The notes beneath the pieces were generated by a model. That model did no database searches, was not told the origin of the DNA, and was given only the letters and a program-made list of their open reading frames with translations. Below are positions 34,744 through 36,637 of a DNA stretch of 36,637 nt, piece after piece. The first letter of the stretch is position 1. The number at the start of each line of letters is the position of its first letter. Made by a program: the position numbers and the translations under genes. Source of the stretch: an uncultured Bifidobacteriaceae bacterium. Its GTDB lineage: Bacteria > Verrucomicrobiota > Verrucomicrobiia > Limisphaerales > JADLHS01. Where the stretch lies: contig CAYIOH010000001.1 in assembly GCA_964364975.1 (NCBI GenBank), forward strand, positions 1 through 36,637. The letters are read 5' to 3'.

Positions 34744-36629
34744 CAGTTTCGAGTGAACCGATCGTAAACCTGCCTGGCCCAGCCACGAAGGCCGCGAGAA
34801 TTCGCGCGGGGTTGAGCGTTGAGGGAAAAGGTTTGAGAGTCGCGCAAAAGCCAGTCGCGGACCGGGACGGAAAAGCCGGTCTTGGGCCGGGCAAGCAGGG
34901 CAGCAGGGAGCGGAGAGCGGGGAGTAAGGGCCATGTCGCGCTTGGTCGGAGGCGTCTCGCTGGCGAGCAACGGAGCGACCGCGTGCAGGACCGCCACGTC
35001 CACCAGCGGCACGCGGATTTCCAGCGAGTGAGCCATGCCTGCCCAGTCCGAATCACGCAGGAGTTGGTTGCGCATGTACCAGCACATCTCGAGAGCACTG
35101 ACGCGCACGCGGCCAGAGTTCAGAGGACAGAAGTCAGAATTTGGAACTGATCGCCGATCTCTGATCGCCGATCTCTGAGAAAGCAGACCAGCGGTCAAAT
35201 TCAACAAGGCAAGGGTGTTGAGCTCTTCCCAGCCTTCGCGCACGAGGTCCGGCTCGAGCAATTCAGGCAGTTCCCAAGGCATGAACAGACCACGGCGGAG
35301 CAGGTAGGCATCGGCGTAGCTGGAGCCGTATTCGAGCAGCCCGGCGTATTTGGGCGAGGTGAAGCGATTGAGCACGGGGGTGGAAATCACACGAAGCGCG
35401 CGGCCAAGCGAACGGGCAAAAGGCAAAGGGCGAAGGGCCTTCACGAGGCGCGGAATTTCGCGAAAGCTGGGATAGCCGCCGAACAATTCGTCGCCGCCCA
35501 AACCGGACAGGGCGACCTTCAGCGAAGCGCGCGCGGCGGCGAAGCTGACGAAGTAGGTGTTGACGCCATCCGTGCTCGGCTGATCCATTGCGTCGAAAAG
35601 GCGATTAACGTGAGTTTGAAAATCTCGACGCGCGACCCAAATGGTCTGGTGTTGTGCGCCGTATTGGCGGGCGACGGCTTCGGCGAACGGGACTTCATCG
35701 TTGGCCGTCCCACGAAATTCCTCGAATCCCAGTGTGACCGTGCGCAAACGGCCGCCTTGCTCGGCGGCCAGCGCGGCAAGTGTCGTCGAGTCCAAGCCGG
35801 ATGACAGAAACACACCGACGGGGACATCGGCGATCAGGTGGTGCCGGATTGTGTCCTGGAGAGCGAAGCGCAACAAGTCGTGGAGTTGAGGGCTGGGGGC
35901 TGAGGGTTGAGAGTTCGAGCGTTCGGCATGCGAAAGGATTTCCGTGATTGAGCAGAATTTGCGCTCCCGTCGCCCGCCGCCCTGGCCAACCCAAAGCGTC
36001 GCACCCGGCGGCAAGGACCGGATGGTCTTGAACAGCGTGTAGGGTTCAGGCACGTGTCCCCACAGGAAGAAACCGACGTGCCCGGCCGGATCGGGTGTCT
36101 TCTCAATGTATCCGCCCGCGAGCAACGCCTTCACTTGCGAGGCCGCTCGAAATGTCCTGCCGTCATCCGCAAAATATAGCGGTTTGATGCCGAACGGGTC
36201 GCGCGCCAAAAGCAAGCCGCGTTGCTCGCCATCCCAGAGCGCAAAGGCATACATGCCGCGCAGATCGTTCATCATCGCCTCGCCTTTCTGCGCGTAGAGC
36301 CGGAGCAACACTTCCGTGTCGCTGTTGGATTTGAACACATGGCCTTGTTGTTCGAGCGCCGCGCGCAGTTCGCGGTAGTTGTAAATCTCGCCGTTGAAAA
36401 CGATCGCCAGTTGAAACTCCGGCAGCAGCATGGGCTGCGCACCGGCCGGGGACAGATCAATGATTGAAAGCCGGCGATGGCCAAGACCAACGCGGTGCAA
36501 AGGATCGAACCACTCTCCTGCCCCATCAGGACCACGCAGCGTCATGTGGTCGCGGATGGCGCGCAGTTCCCCGTCATTCACGCCGGGCGCGTCAGAGTTG
36601 TAGGCGAAGATGGCTGCTATGCCACACAT
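34743..36629 (-). CDS. asnB: Asparagine synthase (glutamine-hydrolysing) family amidotransferase
   Basis: 628 aa. MCGIA N-terminal nucleophile, HRRLSIIDLS, GEIYNYRELR, and the PP-loop VGVFLSSGLDST. Three clear repeat-derived segments and one tentative segment lie in the C-terminal half. Confidence 0.9.
   Translation of the reverse strand: MCGIAAIFAYNSDAPGVNDGELRAIRDHMTLRGPDGAGEWFDPLHRVGLGHRRLSIIDLSPAGAQPMLLPEFQLAIVFNGEIYNYRELRAALEQQGHVFKSNSDTEVLLRLYAQKGEAMMNDLRGMYAFALWDGEQRGLLLARDPFGIKPLYFADDGRTFRAASQVKALLAGGYIEKTPDPAGHVGFFLWGHVPEPYTLFKTIRSLPPGATLWVGQGGGRRERKFCSITEILSHAERSNSQPSAPSPQLHDLLRFALQDTIRHHLIADVPVGVFLSSGLDSTTLAALAAEQGGRLRTVTLGFEEFRGTANDEVPFAEAVARQYGAQHQTIWVARRDFQTHVNRLFDAMDQPSTDGVNTYFVSFAAARASLKVALSGLGGDELFGGYPSFREIPRLVKALRPLPFARSLGRALRVISTPVLNRFTSPKYAGLLEYGSSYADAYLLRRGLFMPWELPELLEPDLVREGWEELNTLALLNLTAGLLSQRSAIRDRRSVPNSDFCPLNSGRVRVSALEMCWYMRNQLLRDSDWAGMAHSLEIRVPLVDVAVLHAVAPLLASETPPTKRDMALTPRSPLPAALLARPKTGFSVPVRDWLLRDSQTFSLNAQPRANSRGLRGWARQVYDRFTRN
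34801..34842. repeat. Short heptamer array (about 6 units) near the 3' end of asnB
   Basis: TTCGCGC GGGGTTG AGCGTTG AGGGAAA AGGTTTG AGAGTCG. Encodes SQTFSLNAQPRANS. Same GnGTTGA unit family as 35883-35924. Confidence 0.55.
35114..35197. repeat. Mosaic heptamer array (about 12 units) inside asnB
   Basis: CAGAGTT CAGAGGA CAGAAGT CAGAATT TGGAACT GATCGCC GATCTCT GATCGCC GATCTCT GAGAAAG CAGACCA GCGGTCA. GATCTCTGATC (35156-35166) is the exact reverse complement of GATCAGAGATC at 8850-8860. Confidence 0.8.
35883..35924. repeat. Heptamer array (6 units = 42 bp = 14 codons) inside asnB
   Basis: GAGTTGA GGGCTGG GGGCTGA GGGTTGA GAGTTCG AGCGTTC. Occupies codons 236-249 exactly (ERSNSQPSAPSPQL), just upstream of the PP-loop. 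Confidence 0.75.
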
Positions 36630-36637
36630 AGGGGCGA

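Noticed and set aside
13593-35924. Inteins, group I/II introns or other self-splicing elements as an explanation for the in-frame inserts
   Set aside because: The inserts are only 14-42 codons and lack intein splice-junction residues and blocks. They also have no intron-like secondary-structure cores or ORFs. Removal at the RNA level cannot be excluded without RNA-seq, but nothing in the sequence supports it.

Overview
This 36.6-kb, high-GC bacterial window is a surface-polysaccharide (O-antigen/EPS-type) biosynthesis locus. All credible coding capacity is on the minus strand. About 31 genes are packed as one apparent operon, and seven junctions have overlapping stop/start codons (ATGA, GTGA or TGATG). 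The long plus-strand ORFs are antisense shadows. Recognisable content: a WecA/MraY-type initiating transferase fused to a CapD-N-terminal-like module; Trm112/YcaR-like protein; gmd and fcl (GDP-L-fucose); about 10 glycosyltransferases (GT2, GT4, GT9, CgeB-like); a NodU/CmcH carbamoyltransferase; a pyruvyl transferase; two to three methyltransferases; two CE4-type deacetylases; a FemAB/CelD-like GNAT; an ATP-grasp protein; a CapK/PaaK-like adenylating enzyme; an SDR epimerase; a Wzy/WaaL-like membrane protein; a Wzm/Wzt ABC exporter with a Wzt C-terminal glycan-binding domain; DUF218; and AsnB. I found no rRNA, tRNA, CRISPR, transposase or integrase. The most unusual signal is at DNA level. At least 13 short mosaic arrays are built from 7-bp units, for example (GACCACT)4, (GAGCGTG)3, (GGACCAC)3 and GATCAGA/GATCTCT. 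There is also one perfect 28-bp-stem palindrome. Most of these sit inside conserved enzyme genes, at positions where family-typical sequence (from memory, not aligned) appears interrupted, yet every host ORF stays open. By hand count, several arrays are multiples of 21 bp. The same 7-mers recur in different genes and in both orientations. This resembles Rickettsia RPEs and cyanobacterial STRR/small dispersed repeats, and it may create slippage-prone contingency sites in glycan genes. A second oddity is an SDR epimerase pseudogene whose middle is replaced by the wzm gene plus a heptamer-rich spacer. The taxon is unknown; Verrucomicrobiota or Planctomycetota-like is only a guess. All homology calls come from motif recognition by eye, not from searches.
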